Assembly: GCA_963514005.1 (NCBI GenBank)
Contig: OY740801.1
Span: 19,406,001-19,470,000 of the forward strand
DNA length: 64,000 nt
From: Raja brachyura
Lineage: Eukaryota
Direction: 5' to 3'
Below are positions 11,821-22,574 of this stretch, piece after piece (within the stretch, counting starts at the first letter, position 1; every line of letters starts with the position of its first letter). The notes under the pieces are model-generated. The model was not told where the DNA came from. It did no database searches and saw nothing but the letters and a program-made list of their open reading frames with translations. A program made the translations under genes and the position numbers.

Positions 11821-12158
11821 GGGTGGCACAGTGGCTCAACTGGTAGAGCTGCAGCCTCCCAGCGCCAGAGACCTAGACCTACTTTTGACCTTGGGTGCTG
11901 TCTGTGTGGAGTTTGCATATTCCCCCTGTAACTGGGCGGGTTTCCTCCTTGTATTCCAGTTTCCTCCCACATCCCAAAGACGTGCAGGTTTGTAGGTTTG
12001 GTTGGCCTCAGTAAATTGCCTCCAGTGTGTGGGTTGTAGATGCGAAAATGGGATAACATGGAAGTAGTGCAAATGGGTGATCAATAGTTTGCATGGACTT
12101 GGTGGACCGAATGACCCGTTTCCATGCTCTAGCTTTAAACTTGAAACTCTAAACTAAA
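11821..12158 (+). mobile_element. HE1-like SINE
   Basis: GGGTGGCACAGTGG head, central GGAGTTTGCATATTCCCCC, tail (AAACT)n. Confidence 0.88.
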
Positions 12159-12450
12159 GATTGGCCTTGTGCATACAAATGTCTCTTGCTATTACTCAGG
12201 AGCTGATGAGGAGACCAGAGGTGGTGAGGGATGTGAGACATAACTTGGGCTGGGGCTGGAGAATGGCTAGAGGGAGGATGTGTCCGGGTTTCGGTGGGTT
12301 GCGAGGGTCAATAGCCAGGAATCGGGATCAAATGTGGGAGGCAAATATCTGCGTTTCTGAAAAATCAGCAGGGGTTGGAAGTTGGTGGAGCCCAAACACC
12401 GACAGCTCTTCACAGGAGGACCTTCTGGAGGACAACCAATTATTTGGACT

Positions 12451-13505
12451 GTGGAAAGAAAGAATTGCAGATGCTGGTTTATAAAAAAGATACTCAGCTG
12501 GTCAGGCAGCATCTCTGGAGAAGGTAGATACAAAATGCTGGAGTAACTGAGCCGGTGAGGCAGCATCTATTAAATGGGCGATGTTTCGGGTCGAGACTCT
12601 TCTTTAGACTGATGTCAGGGGAGGGAGCAGGACAAAGATAGAGTGTAGGTGGAGACTAAGACAAGTGGGAGAACTGGGAAGGGGAAGAAGAGAGAAAGCA
12701 AGGGCTATCTGAAGTTATAGAAGTCAATGTTTATACCGCTGGGGTGTAAACTACATAATCAAAATATGAGATGCTGTTCCTCAAATTTGCGCTGGGCCTC
12801 ACTCTGACAATGGAGGAGGCTCAGGATGGAAAGGTCAGATTGGGAATGGGAGGGGGAGTTGAAGTGCTGGGTCACCGGGAGATCAGATAGGTTAAAATGG
12901 ACTGAGTGGAGGTGTTCAGTGAAACGTTTGACGAGCCTGCGCTTGGTCTGGCTGATGTAGAGAAGTTGACACCTGGAACAGTAGATGAGGTTGGAGGAGG
13001 TTCAAGTGAACCTCTGCCGCACCTGGAGAAACTGTTTAGGTCCTTGGATAGAGTCGAGGGGGGAGGTCAAGGGATAGGTGTTGCATCTCCTGCGGTTGCA
13101 GGGGAAAGTACCTGGGGAAGGGGGGTTTGGGTGGGAAGGGATGAGTTGACCATGGAGTTACAGAGGGAACGGTCTTTGTGAAAGCAGAAAGGGGTGAAGA
13201 TGGGAAGATGTGGCCAGTGTTTGGATCCCGTTGGAGGTGCAAAAATGTTGAAGGATCGTATGCTGTACACGACGGCTGATGGGGTGGAAGGTGAGGACAA
13301 GGGGGACTTGTTACGAATGAGGGGAGGGGAGTAAAAGCGGAGCTGTGGCATATCGAGGAGACCCTAGTGAGAGCCTCATCTCTAATGGAAGAGGGGAACG
13401 CCCCTTCCCTAAAGAATGAGGACATATCTGATGCCCTGGTATGGAACACCTCATCCTGGGGACAGATGCCCATGGATAGGTGACATTTTGGGTCAGGACT
13501 CCTTG
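12451..13505 (-). mobile_element. Older Penelope pLTR copy split by the 12523-13470 insertion
   Basis: Left part ..GGCAGCATCTCTGGAGAA (to 12522) and right part CATGGATAGGTGACATTTTGGGTCAGGAC (from 13471) join into one contiguous pLTR. Confidence 0.7.
12523..13470 (-). mobile_element. Penelope-like element 3' part: degenerate linker, GIY-YIG endonuclease, 3' UTR and pLTR
   Basis: The minus strand translates to ..PRYFP/CNRRRCNT (Cys linker), then FT*TSSNLIYC..SRCQLLYISQTKRRLVKRFTEHL (GIY-YIG) and CQSEAQRKFEEQHLIF*..HPSGINIDFYNFR* (stop at 12705-12707). In-frame stops and frameshifts are present. Confidence 0.9.
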
Positions 13506-14279
13506 GCTACAAGGACCCCAGGTCATTGTTGGAATGTTGAACACGGAATAGTCTGCTGGAGGAACTCAGTGAGTCAGGCTCCATCAATTGAGGAAAATGT
13601 ACAGATGACATTATGGGTCAGTTTGTTTTGTGCTCAGTCTCAATGTTATTGCCCTTTCTGCGCGATTTAAGAAGTTGCACTGTGGGCATGTTAAGTAATC
13701 ACACGAGGGTTTTTCTTACAAAATATGATCACAAAGTATGCAGAAGCAATGGAATGCCTGTGCTTAGCTGCATGGGGCAGAAACTGGCCTGGTTTGGATA
13801 AGCTGTGGAAAATATCAGGACCATCTGGGCAACTTGCTGCATTTCCGGATGTGAAAGTGTGTCCTTTCCTTTTCTAAGCCTTGTGTTGAAAGTCATTAAT
13901 TAATGTTAAGAGCAAAAATCTCATGGGAGAAAATAAGTTGATTCGATTCAATGACAGACCGATCCTTTTTCAATAAATATACTTCTGCATCAATCTGGGT
14001 TGCTCTTTTAAATGAATGATCAACTATAGACAATGTGAATTTGTGGTGAATGGCTTTCACTGAAATCAGAAAACCTATTTGCAAATCCATTGCAACGCTG
14101 CCTGTCTCTGGGTGATTTCTACTCTGTGCATTTGGATTCCCAACGTCTCCCTGATTTGCTTTGCTACATCTTGCCTGTAAATGGATATTTGTCAGTCGCT
14201 ACTGGATGCTGGGTGTATGGCGATAATGAAAACTGTATTTAAGACTTTTGCATGAAACTTGCCCCTTTTTGTACCACAA

Positions 14280-14390
14280 GAAAAGGACTTTTCTGTTATA
14301 TAATGGCCCAAGATGATTTAAGTCACTCCACAGTCAATGAAATTCTTTGAATCTGTCGTTGTTACTGGATATAGGAAATGCGGCTGCCGG
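14280..14390 (-). mobile_element. Deu-SINE 3' tail fragment
   Basis: Reverse complement reads GGCAGCCGCATTTCCTATAT..TTCAAAGAATTTCATTGACTGT, like the tail of 7000-7285. Confidence 0.5.
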
Positions 14391-14677
14391 TCGAACGGTT
14401 TTATGACAATCTGATAGTTTCACGGTCATTCTTAATGTGTCCGTTTTTTACTTCCAGCCTTTAAATAAAATTTGAGTTCAGATTCTCAAGGTTGGATTTG
14501 AATTTTCTGGATCATTACTCTGGTAATTAAGTGACTACTTTCTGCACTCATGGTTTGCATAAAAGCAGTTTCAGCTGGTAAAGTAGTTGAAATCACAGAA
14601 TCCTGCAGCATAGGAGAAGACTTTTCAGCCCACTCAGCTTGTGCCAGCCCCTTGAAACATCTATCCAATTATTTTCA

Positions 14678-15225
14678 CTAAGTAAGTGCGTTTATTGGCC
14701 AAGTATTCACATACAAGGAATTTGCCTTGATGCTCCGCCCACAAGTAACAGCATGACATACAGTGACAGTTACGAATGACTTAGAAAACACTAAACATTA
14801 ATAATAATAAAACATTCATGATAAAACACTATTGCTCAAGCATGTGAACCAACAAAATACCAGATCAAAAGGAGGCTACAGATTTTTGACTGTTGAGTAG
14901 AGCAACTATTTGTGGATAAAAACTGTTTTTATGTCTGGCTGTGGCAGCTTTGACAGTCCGGAGTCGCCTTCCAGAGGGAAGTGATTCAAAGAGTTTGTGG
15001 CCAGGGTTAGAGGGGTCAGAGATGATCTTGCCCTCTCGCTTCCTGGCCCTTGCAGTTTACAGTTCATCAATGGAGGGAAGGTTGCAGCTCATAACCTTCT
15101 CAGCTGATCAGACGATTCGCTGCAGCCTCCAGGTGTTGTGCTTGGTAGCTGAGCCAAACCAGACCATGATGGAGAAGGTGAGAACAGACTCTACGATGGC
15201 CGTGTAGAATTGGACCACCATTGCT
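14678..15225 (-). mobile_element. Rex1/Babar LINE 3' end
   Basis: The minus strand translates to QFYTAIVESVLTFSIMVWFG..DPSNPGHKLFESLPSGRRLRTVKAATARHKNSFYPQIVALLN (Rex1-type C-terminus), followed by a 3' UTR and short tandem tail. Confidence 0.85.
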
Positions 15226-15773
15226 CTCCTCCATCATGTTTGTAATCTTTACCTTTGCAAGAACTTTACCTTTACAATTTACTATTGATTGTGCTTCCAA
15301 AGGAATGCTCTCGATCACTATGGCAATGAGGGCCTTCTCCTTAGCCAGTGCCATATCCCACACCACTGTGCTTGCACGCTCTCAAGTTTTAAGCCATTCC
15401 TTCTAGCCAGTTTGTTTTTAATTACTTCATCCTCCCATCAGCCTGAGCGATCCTTCAGTCAAATATTTTCTAACTGGCGCCACAGGTTTGCAAAAGAAAT
15501 AGGTGGAGCAAAAAACTGCTTGAAAACTATTGCAGCCGTAATCAGATAGCATCACTGTCATAGATACTGCAGTGCCAATTAATCTGCTGCAGAGGATATG
15601 CTCTATTCATTCTCAAATGGCTGCAATTGATTATATGTTTACCCATGGTTGTTAAAAACATTAACTAATCATTTTACAACAACAACTTCAATTTTCAAGT
15701 AAACAAAATGCGCAAAGCATTTCACAGGAGAAACGAAGGCATCTATGACACGGCCAACCAGTCGAGGAAATGT

Positions 15774-15962
15774 AGACAAAAATGCCGGAGAAACTCAGTG
15801 GGTGTGGCAGCATCTATGGAGCGAAGAAAAAAGGCAATGTTTCGGGTCGAAACCCTTCTTCAGAAGGATTTCCTTCGCTCCATCGATGCTGCCTCACCCG
15901 CTGAGTTTCTCCAGCATTTTTCTCTAGCTTCGATTTTCCAGCATCTGCAGTTCCTTCTTAAA
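15774..15962 (+). mobile_element. Penelope-derived fold-back micro-insertion with 15-bp TSD
   Basis: TSD CAGTCGAGGAAATGT at 15759-15773 and 15963-15977. An inverted pLTR arm is followed by a sense arm ending GCAGTTCCTTCTTAAA. Confidence 0.9.
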
Positions 15963-16310
15963 CAGTCGAGGAAATGTGGCTGGTTTCAAGTTTGATTGGG
16001 ATTTTCTCCCAGCTCTCCATTCCCACATTTGGGGAGTCGCAAGCAATAGGCTGCCAGTGCCCACGTCTGGCAGCATGAGGGGATATAAGCAAGGCAGCCT
16101 CTCTGGCACATGCCACACCTCTCTCTGGAGATCTTTGCGGCAAAGCACCTATTAAAACACCAGCCACGTACAGAATTTGTAGCTGCAGCAAATAAAACCA
16201 GCCAGTAACTAAGTTGCAGTGAATTGATCCGTTTAAGTAATGCTGGGCAGGATTCTTTCGTGCTGCTTATCAATTTCTCAGCTGTAACAGGTAGAGAAGA
16301 TGTGTACTAG

Positions 16311-16500
16311 GGTACACAAAAGGCTGGAGAAACTCAGCGGGTGCAGCAGCATCTAAGGAGCGAAGGAGATAGGCGACGTTTCGGGTCGAGACCCTTCTTC
16401 CTCTAAGGAGCGAAGGAGATAGGCGACGTTTCGGGTCGAGACCCTTCTTCCTCTAAGGAGCGAAGGAGACAGGCAACGTTTTGGGTCAAGACCCTTCTTC
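16311..16500 (-). mobile_element. Penelope-pLTR insertion containing a 3x50-bp tandem array
   Basis: Units at 16351-16400, 16401-16450 and 16451-16500. Direct repeat TGTACTAGGGTA at 16303-16314 and 16501-16512. Confidence 0.88.
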
Positions 16501-17154
16501 TGTACTAGGGTATTGAGCTAACGCTAGTATTGTTCTCTCATACCATTTGCACAGACCTGCTCTGCATGCTTCCAACAGGCATTATTTCATGCTCTCTCAT
16601 GTTTTATCCAGGTGTGTTTTAAGTGGAATCAGCACAAGTGTGGGACTACCCATCCAAGGATATTTTGTTCCTCAAATTTCACCCATAGTATCCAAATGAT
16701 GAACAGTGAATCGTCACCTTAACATCAGACCAGTAGTAATCCAGAATTCAGATGCCAAGCAGCAGATGTAGGCCACAGTCACTACTACATCTATTTATTG
16801 ATCACTGATTATCTCAAAAGCCTTCATTTCCCTATGAAACTATTATGAAACCACCTAATGGAACCTCCCCAACCTCAAATCAGATTTCCCACTGATGAGA
16901 TCAGCTCTGTTGGTTTATGAACCTCCCAATAGTTAGTAACTGACTTTGTCAGGCTTTGTCACCAGATGCGAAAAATGGACTGAGAGAGAGAAAAGTCAAA
17001 TGTTGGGACAAATCGCAAGTTGACTCCTTCCCCAGGTTGGTCCCATGTTACAGGAAGTTCTTTACGTTCTGGAGCAGTCCGCTTGACGCTTCCAGTTTAT
17101 CCTGCCTTCTAATTGACTGGTCCATACTTTCAGGAGTGACTTCCTTTGAATGTC

Positions 17155-17278
17155 TGTGTAGGAAGGAACTGCAGATGCTGGTTTAAACCGAAGATAGACA
17201 CAAAATGCTGGAGTAAGCGGGGCAGGCAGCATCTCTGGAGAGAAAGAATGGGTGGCTTTTTGGGTCGAGACCCCTTTT
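17155..17278 (-). mobile_element. Penelope pLTR solo fragment
   Basis: GTGTAGGAAGGAACTGCAGATGCTGG..GGCAGCATCTCTGGAGAG..GGGTCGAGACCC. Confidence 0.85.
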
Positions 17279-17502
17279 CTCTGCTTGTCTACCTGGCAGA
17301 GACTCTCAGGGTAATTGATTCTGACGTGGTCATGATGGATTAAATAAAATGGAGGAGGAACCAAGAGCGAGGAGGAGGCAGTGGAGGAAGGAGACATTGC
17401 TTTGTCAGTGTCTCAGACCAAGCAGACGACAATCAAGTGTCAAGAGACACTCCAGTGCAGTACGAGGAGAGAGTTGCATTGTCATAGATGCTGTCTTTCA
17501 GA

Positions 17503-17830
17503 GAGTCACAGAGAGGTAAAACATGGAAATAGGCCCTTCAGCCCACCCATTCTGTGCTGACCAACAACTACCCAATTTTTCACTCATCCTACATTAATTC
17601 CTGTTATTCTTCTTACATTCTCATCAACACCTCCTTCCCAGATACTACCATGTACCTACACATTATGAGGCAATTTACAAAGCCCAATTAATTTACCAAA
17701 CCCGCACATCTTTGGGTTGTGGGCGGGCATAAAGAGAATGTGCAAACTCCACAGAGATAGCATCTGAAGTCAGGATCGAACCTGTGTTACTGGAGCTGTG
17801 AGGCAGTGCCTCCACCTACCTTCCCCACAA
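17503..17830 (-). mobile_element. Diverged HE1-like SINE
   Basis: AGGCCCTTCAGCCCAC..GTGCAAACTCCACA..CAGGATCGAACC..GCTGTGAGGCAG. Confidence 0.75.
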
Positions 17831-17952
17831 TGAGCACACTTTCAGACAATGAGCTAACCCAAGGCTCCACTTTTAATCCAGGTGAGTGGAAAAGATCCAT
17901 GACGATACTTCAATTACTAAGATTAATATTCATCTCATGATCAGCATAATTA

Positions 17953-19658
17953 GGGCGGCACAGTGGTGCAGCAGTGGAGTTGCTGCCTTACAGCACAGTG
18001 TCCCCGGGTTGGATCCTGACTACGGGTGCTGCCTATATAGAGTTTGCATGTTCTGCCTGTGACTGCGTGCGTTTTCTCCCGGTGCTCCGGTTTTCTCCCA
18101 CATGCCAAACACTTGCAGGTTTGTAGGCTAATTGGCTCCTGTAAATTGTCCCGAATGTGTGCGAGGAAATATTATACAATAAAATTGCTCAAATGATAAC
18201 TTCTGTGTGAGGAACTTATATTAAGTTGCAAGAGAAGGACTTGGAGCCTAGGGTTTCAGAAATACATGGCCCATAAAGAAATAAAGAACACACACACACA
18301 GGAGTACAGATGGTTTATCATAACATGGAGATGTTGATGTGAATAGACATGGCTTTGTTTGCTTTCAAGCGGCTATAACTGTCAGAAGTTGTATTTGGTT
18401 TAGTTTGGTGTTTAGAGTATAGGTTATTGATGGGTTTCTTCTCAGGACATGAGCATCATGTGTCCTTTCTTTATGGCACATCTTTGAGCTCAGGTGTACT
18501 ATAAAGGGGATTTATGGTTGTCTATATTGGGTCTTGGGCACCAAGGCTAGATAATAGTCTGTGATCTAGATTATGCTGTTTAAATGTATTTATGTTGCGA
18601 TAAGAGATAAGGCATAGGTGATGGTTGTGTGACCTTTGTATAAGGGTGGTTTCTTGTGTTTATAGAAAACTGAGAAAGTAAGTCTGTTTTGATAATCTTT
18701 CATTTGCTGTGTGGAATGCTGTTAGTGAAGAGGCCTTACATTCCTTTCGTCCAGAGATAGAAGGGGGAGGTTGTAATTCAGAATGAAATTAGACCCGAGC
18801 TTGGGAAGAAGCGATTATAATTAATCAAGTGTGACAATTAGTGGCCTTTGTGTAGTTGGGGATTGTAGAAATAACTTAAGTCCTTACCACTTTGTAAGTA
18901 TGGGGCAAAACTCATATTTAATCCATAAGTAACTGTATTTTAACTATGAAGTAGGGAAATTATTTGTGAAGTGTATTGTGTTTTAATTAGGATTGTATTA
19001 GACTTTGTTTAAATCTGAAGTTTTAGAAATGACTTTATTTTCCAAAAGTAAAAATATATGTTTTGTGTGTATGTATTGTGTGATTGATGTATGATGTGTA
19101 TTTTATATTCTGAGAGGTGGTCTCTGAGAATTAGTTTTATATTTCTGTGGTTTTACTTCATTGAAATAAAATGATTTTGAGCAAAAAGGTTAAAGAAAAC
19201 CACATAGGGAAAAAGGTTGTAAAGGGGCCAGAAAAGGGAAAATCATGTGACTATACGTGTTGTCAATCACTGTGAAGGGTTTAATTGATTGGTTAATGCA
19301 AATAAGCTAAATGTATAGTAAACCAAAATGATTGGTTAATAGTTTGCCACTCCTTTTGTACCATAATTGCCTAATACCTATACAATGTGTTACGTTTGTA
19401 TCAAAGCAGTAGTTCTTTCGACCTGCCCCAGAGTTTCTAGCTCTGCGTTGGAAGGTTTAAAGAATTATCCAGCGCTGTCAGAATAAAGAATCGATTTCAA
19501 CAGCAAGAGTTTGAATCAAGTTTTCTTGAATTGGACTGACAAAAGAACTCAGTTTAACATGTGCAGGGTAGAACTTGTGTACAGGTGACTGCTGGTCAGC
19601 ACAGACAGTGGCCTGAAAGGCCTGTTTTCATCCTGCTGTATCCCTAAACTAAACTAAA
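17953..19658 (+). mobile_element. HE1-like SINE split by an LTR
   Basis: The 5' part (17953-18159) and 3' part (19560-19658, with (CTAAA)n tail) are collinear with 4436-4725. Confidence 0.88.
18160..19559 (+). mobile_element. Solo LTR, 1400 bp (ERV1- or Gypsy-like)
   Basis: Starts TG, ends TTTAACA. 4-bp TSD TGTG at 18156-18159 and 19560-19563 inside a SINE. Two TGATTGGTTAAT (reverse CCAAT) boxes at 19286 and 19329, AATAAA at 19482-19487, no ORF. Confidence 0.85.
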
Positions 19659-20554
19659 AAATAAATAAATGCACAGAATATCTGATCAGCGTTATATTGC
19701 TCCTTGTGGGATCTTGCTGTGTGCAGATTGCCTGCTCCAACTACTCCATTATTCCGCAGTTCATAAATACTTCAATGGTTATAAATTGTTTTTGCTGCCT
19801 CCTTAAATGGAGGTGAAAGACACCACATAAATGTACGTCTTTCTTGCATTTTAAACTTTGTCTAACAGGGTGAAGCATCTCACTGTGGAGCAGCTTGCAT
19901 GGGGCTGAGAGGAAATGGCAACATCTCAGTACTTCCGAAAGGCACGCGGCCATTCCCGATCTTGAGAAGCTTGGCTGGCATCACCATGAACTACACATTG
20001 TCAAGCTTATCCCCGTGCTAACACCTTATGATCTGATAGAATTCCCAGAGTTCCAATATTCTGGCACAATGCTTTTAGTTCCCAATCATAGCTATTATGA
20101 AAAAGCTGTTCCAATTTGATTTGCTTCAGTCTGCTGGCTTATAGATAAACCTGTCTGTAGTTCCGCTTGGACTGAACGTGCAACTAATTGACAACAAATA
20201 TCCATGTTTTTATTTTATCAGCTGCTGCACTAGATTTTATGGTTGAATTTTACCTGTCATCCTGAAATAAGTAAAAATACATTTACTGCAAATCTAATCC
20301 TTTACCAATAAATAGGTTTCCTTTTTTAATATCCTGCATGGTGCAGGAAGTTAATATTCATATCAGAAAAGTGATAGAATGGCAATAGACTATTTCTTTT
20401 GAGAAATGGGCTGAAAGCAGAGGAAAAGGAGAGACAGTCCTGAGGGGAAGAATTGTAAGGGCAGTCAGTGAGGGTCTATGAGCGTCTACATCGGAAGCAC
20501 TGGGCAATGCTGCCTGGTAAGCATTTTTATTTGCCTAATGCCCCTATTCTCTGC

Positions 20555-21065
20555 CATTTATGATCTATTGTGCACCGTTCTGGTCACCCCATTACAGAAA
20601 GGATGCGGAGACTTTGGAGCGGGTGCAGAATTTCACCAGAATGCTGCCTGGAAAAGAGGGTGTCAGCTACAAGGAGAGGCTGGACAAACTTAGATTATTT
20701 TCAGTGCAGCCTCAATGGCAGAGGAGAGATCTGACAGAAGTGTATCAAATTATGAGAGGCATACGGGTCGGGTAGCCAGTCAGAACTCTTTTGCTAGAGG
20801 GAATGTCAAATTTCAGAAGACATGGCTTTAAGGGCTGAGGGGCGAAGTATAAAGAGCACGGTTTTTACACAGAATGTTGGATGCCTGGAGTGCACTGCTA
20901 GGGGCAGTGGTGGAAGCAGATATGATAGTAGCATTTTAGAATCTTTTAGATAGGTACATGAATATGCAGGGAATGGAAGGCAGAAGGGACTGGTTTAATA
21001 TGGCATCATTTTCGATATAGACATCATGGGTCGGGTGGCCGGTTCCTGTGTTGTACTAATCTAAA
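20555..21065 (+). mobile_element. CR1 ORF2 C-terminus and 3' UTR
   Basis: YCAPFWSPHYRKDAETLERVQNFTRMLPG..SYKERLDKL. Confidence 0.85.
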
Positions 21066-21099
21066 CAGTATATGTTAACTCCCTCCGAATGGCATTTCT

Positions 21100-21510
21100 T
21101 TTAATTTTAAATTATCCAACTACATCCATGTCGTCTCCCTATCGCAATCTGTAACCTCCACTAGCCCTTAACCTATACGAGATATTTGCACTTGTTCAAT
21201 ATTTGCCTCTTGCACACTTCAGACTTTAGTTGTTCCAACACAAATGGTCATGATTTCAGCTGCATAATCTATGGAAAGGAAAGGCGTAGAGAGGTATGCA
21301 CAAATGCACGCAAATGAGATTAGTGTAGATAAGTATCTTGGTCAGCACGGACGAGTTGGTCCGTAGGGTTTGTTTCTGTGCTGTATAACTCTGAAACTAT
21401 ATTCTAACATCCCAACCCCTCCCACAGCCCAACTGCCCTCCATATTAATATTCTTCAAAGTCCCCCGCCTGATCTTAATATCTCTTATGGTTTAGTATCA
21501 AATTTTGTTT
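21100..21510 (+). mobile_element. L2 3' region containing a short CR1 tail (~21270-21395)
   Basis: TCTGTAACCTCC..CCCTTAACC..GCCTCTTGCACAC..TTCAGCTGC resembles the chondrichthyan L2 3' region. Confidence 0.5.
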
Positions 21511-21519
21511 TATAGCAGA

Positions 21520-21960
21520 GAAACCAGCACCTGCAGTTCTGGTTTACAAGAAAGAGACGCAAAGTACGAGTAACTCATTGGTTAGGCAGCAACTGTGGAG
21601 AATATGAAAAGGTGACATTTTGAGTTGGGACCCGTCTTCAGACTGTGGTGAGAAAGCTGGAAGAGAGGAGGGGCAGTACAAAGCCTGGTGAGAGATAGGT
21701 GGACACAGGGGGTTCTTTCAGTTAGATAGTTGGACCAAAGGCCAGAGATGAAAAGGCCGTCAGATGTGAGATGAGGAAAGACGGTGCAAATTGTGAAACC
21801 TCAGGAAGGAATATAGATGGAAGGGGAGGGGGAGGGAAGAAATGACTGCTCATCCTGATGGGACACAGGGAAGAGAGGGGGGAAGTGGGGAGCTGATGGG
21901 GTGGAGGGTTTTTGTAGATAGTTACCTGAACCTATCAATCAATGTCCACACCGTTAGGTA
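21520..21960 (-). mobile_element. Penelope 3' UTR and pLTR, diverged
   Basis: pLTR (GGTGACATTTTGAGTTGGGACCCGTCTTCAGAC), purine-rich UTR, and the end of the endonuclease ORF (GTTACCTGAA..TCAATGTCCACACCG), similar to 12700-12750. Confidence 0.7.
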
Positions 21961-22574
21961 GTGTACGTTTTGAAGCACCTCAGTAAAAGGTCTTTGCATG
22001 TTTCACCATGTTAAATCTCCCTATGGAAGGGCACATTGTTTATGGAATAGAACTCGATGGTGAAGTAGGCAGGAAATGTCTGCAGCTGCTGCTCTCTGTC
22101 CACTATAAAACTATAATTAGGAAATGCACATTGACTACAGATTAGAAGTGCACAGGTTAACGTACATTTGGTCAAACTGAGGGTGGACTGGGCGAAGATA
22201 TTGATTTGGTCTTTTGGAACAATTAAGTCATGTAAGTAAATGAAGGAGAGAGCTTCTGACTGATAGTATTAGATAAGCAGGACGGCTTGGGGTCACAGTG
22301 AATCGAAGGTGCCATGTTGATCAAGGCTAATTTTTTTAGTGCTGCCTATTTCAGCACTACCTTTAAAACTCCATGTTTCATTGTGAAAAGTCATGGTAAT
22401 TATCTGGGTCATTCAATATTACTTTGGAACATTTCCAGGGCTCTTCCTGGGGTAATTTCTATGTCAGACACATGTCAGGTCATCAAGTCAGAGTCACACA
22501 GCACAGAAACAGGCCTTTTGGTCCAACTAGTCCATGTCAGCCAAATTCCTATCTAAGCTAGTTCAATTTGCTCA

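Larger units (their letters stand above)
17405..19855 (+). mobile_element. Deu-domain SINE fragmented by later insertions
   Basis: Collinear pieces at ~17405-17502 (GACACTCCAGTGCAGTAC..GCTGTCTTTCAGA), ~17837-17950 (GGAAAAGATCCATGAC) and ~19665-19855 (GTGGGATCTTGCTGTGTGCAGATTG..ATAAATGTACGTCTTTC). Confidence 0.65.

Noticed and set aside
16351-16500. Palindromic repeats resembling a CRISPR array
   Set aside because: The whole 50-bp unit is repeated with no spacer and derives from the Penelope pLTR.
19940-19952. AAGGCACGCGG similarity to miR-124
   Set aside because: Only a short match, with no precursor hairpin.
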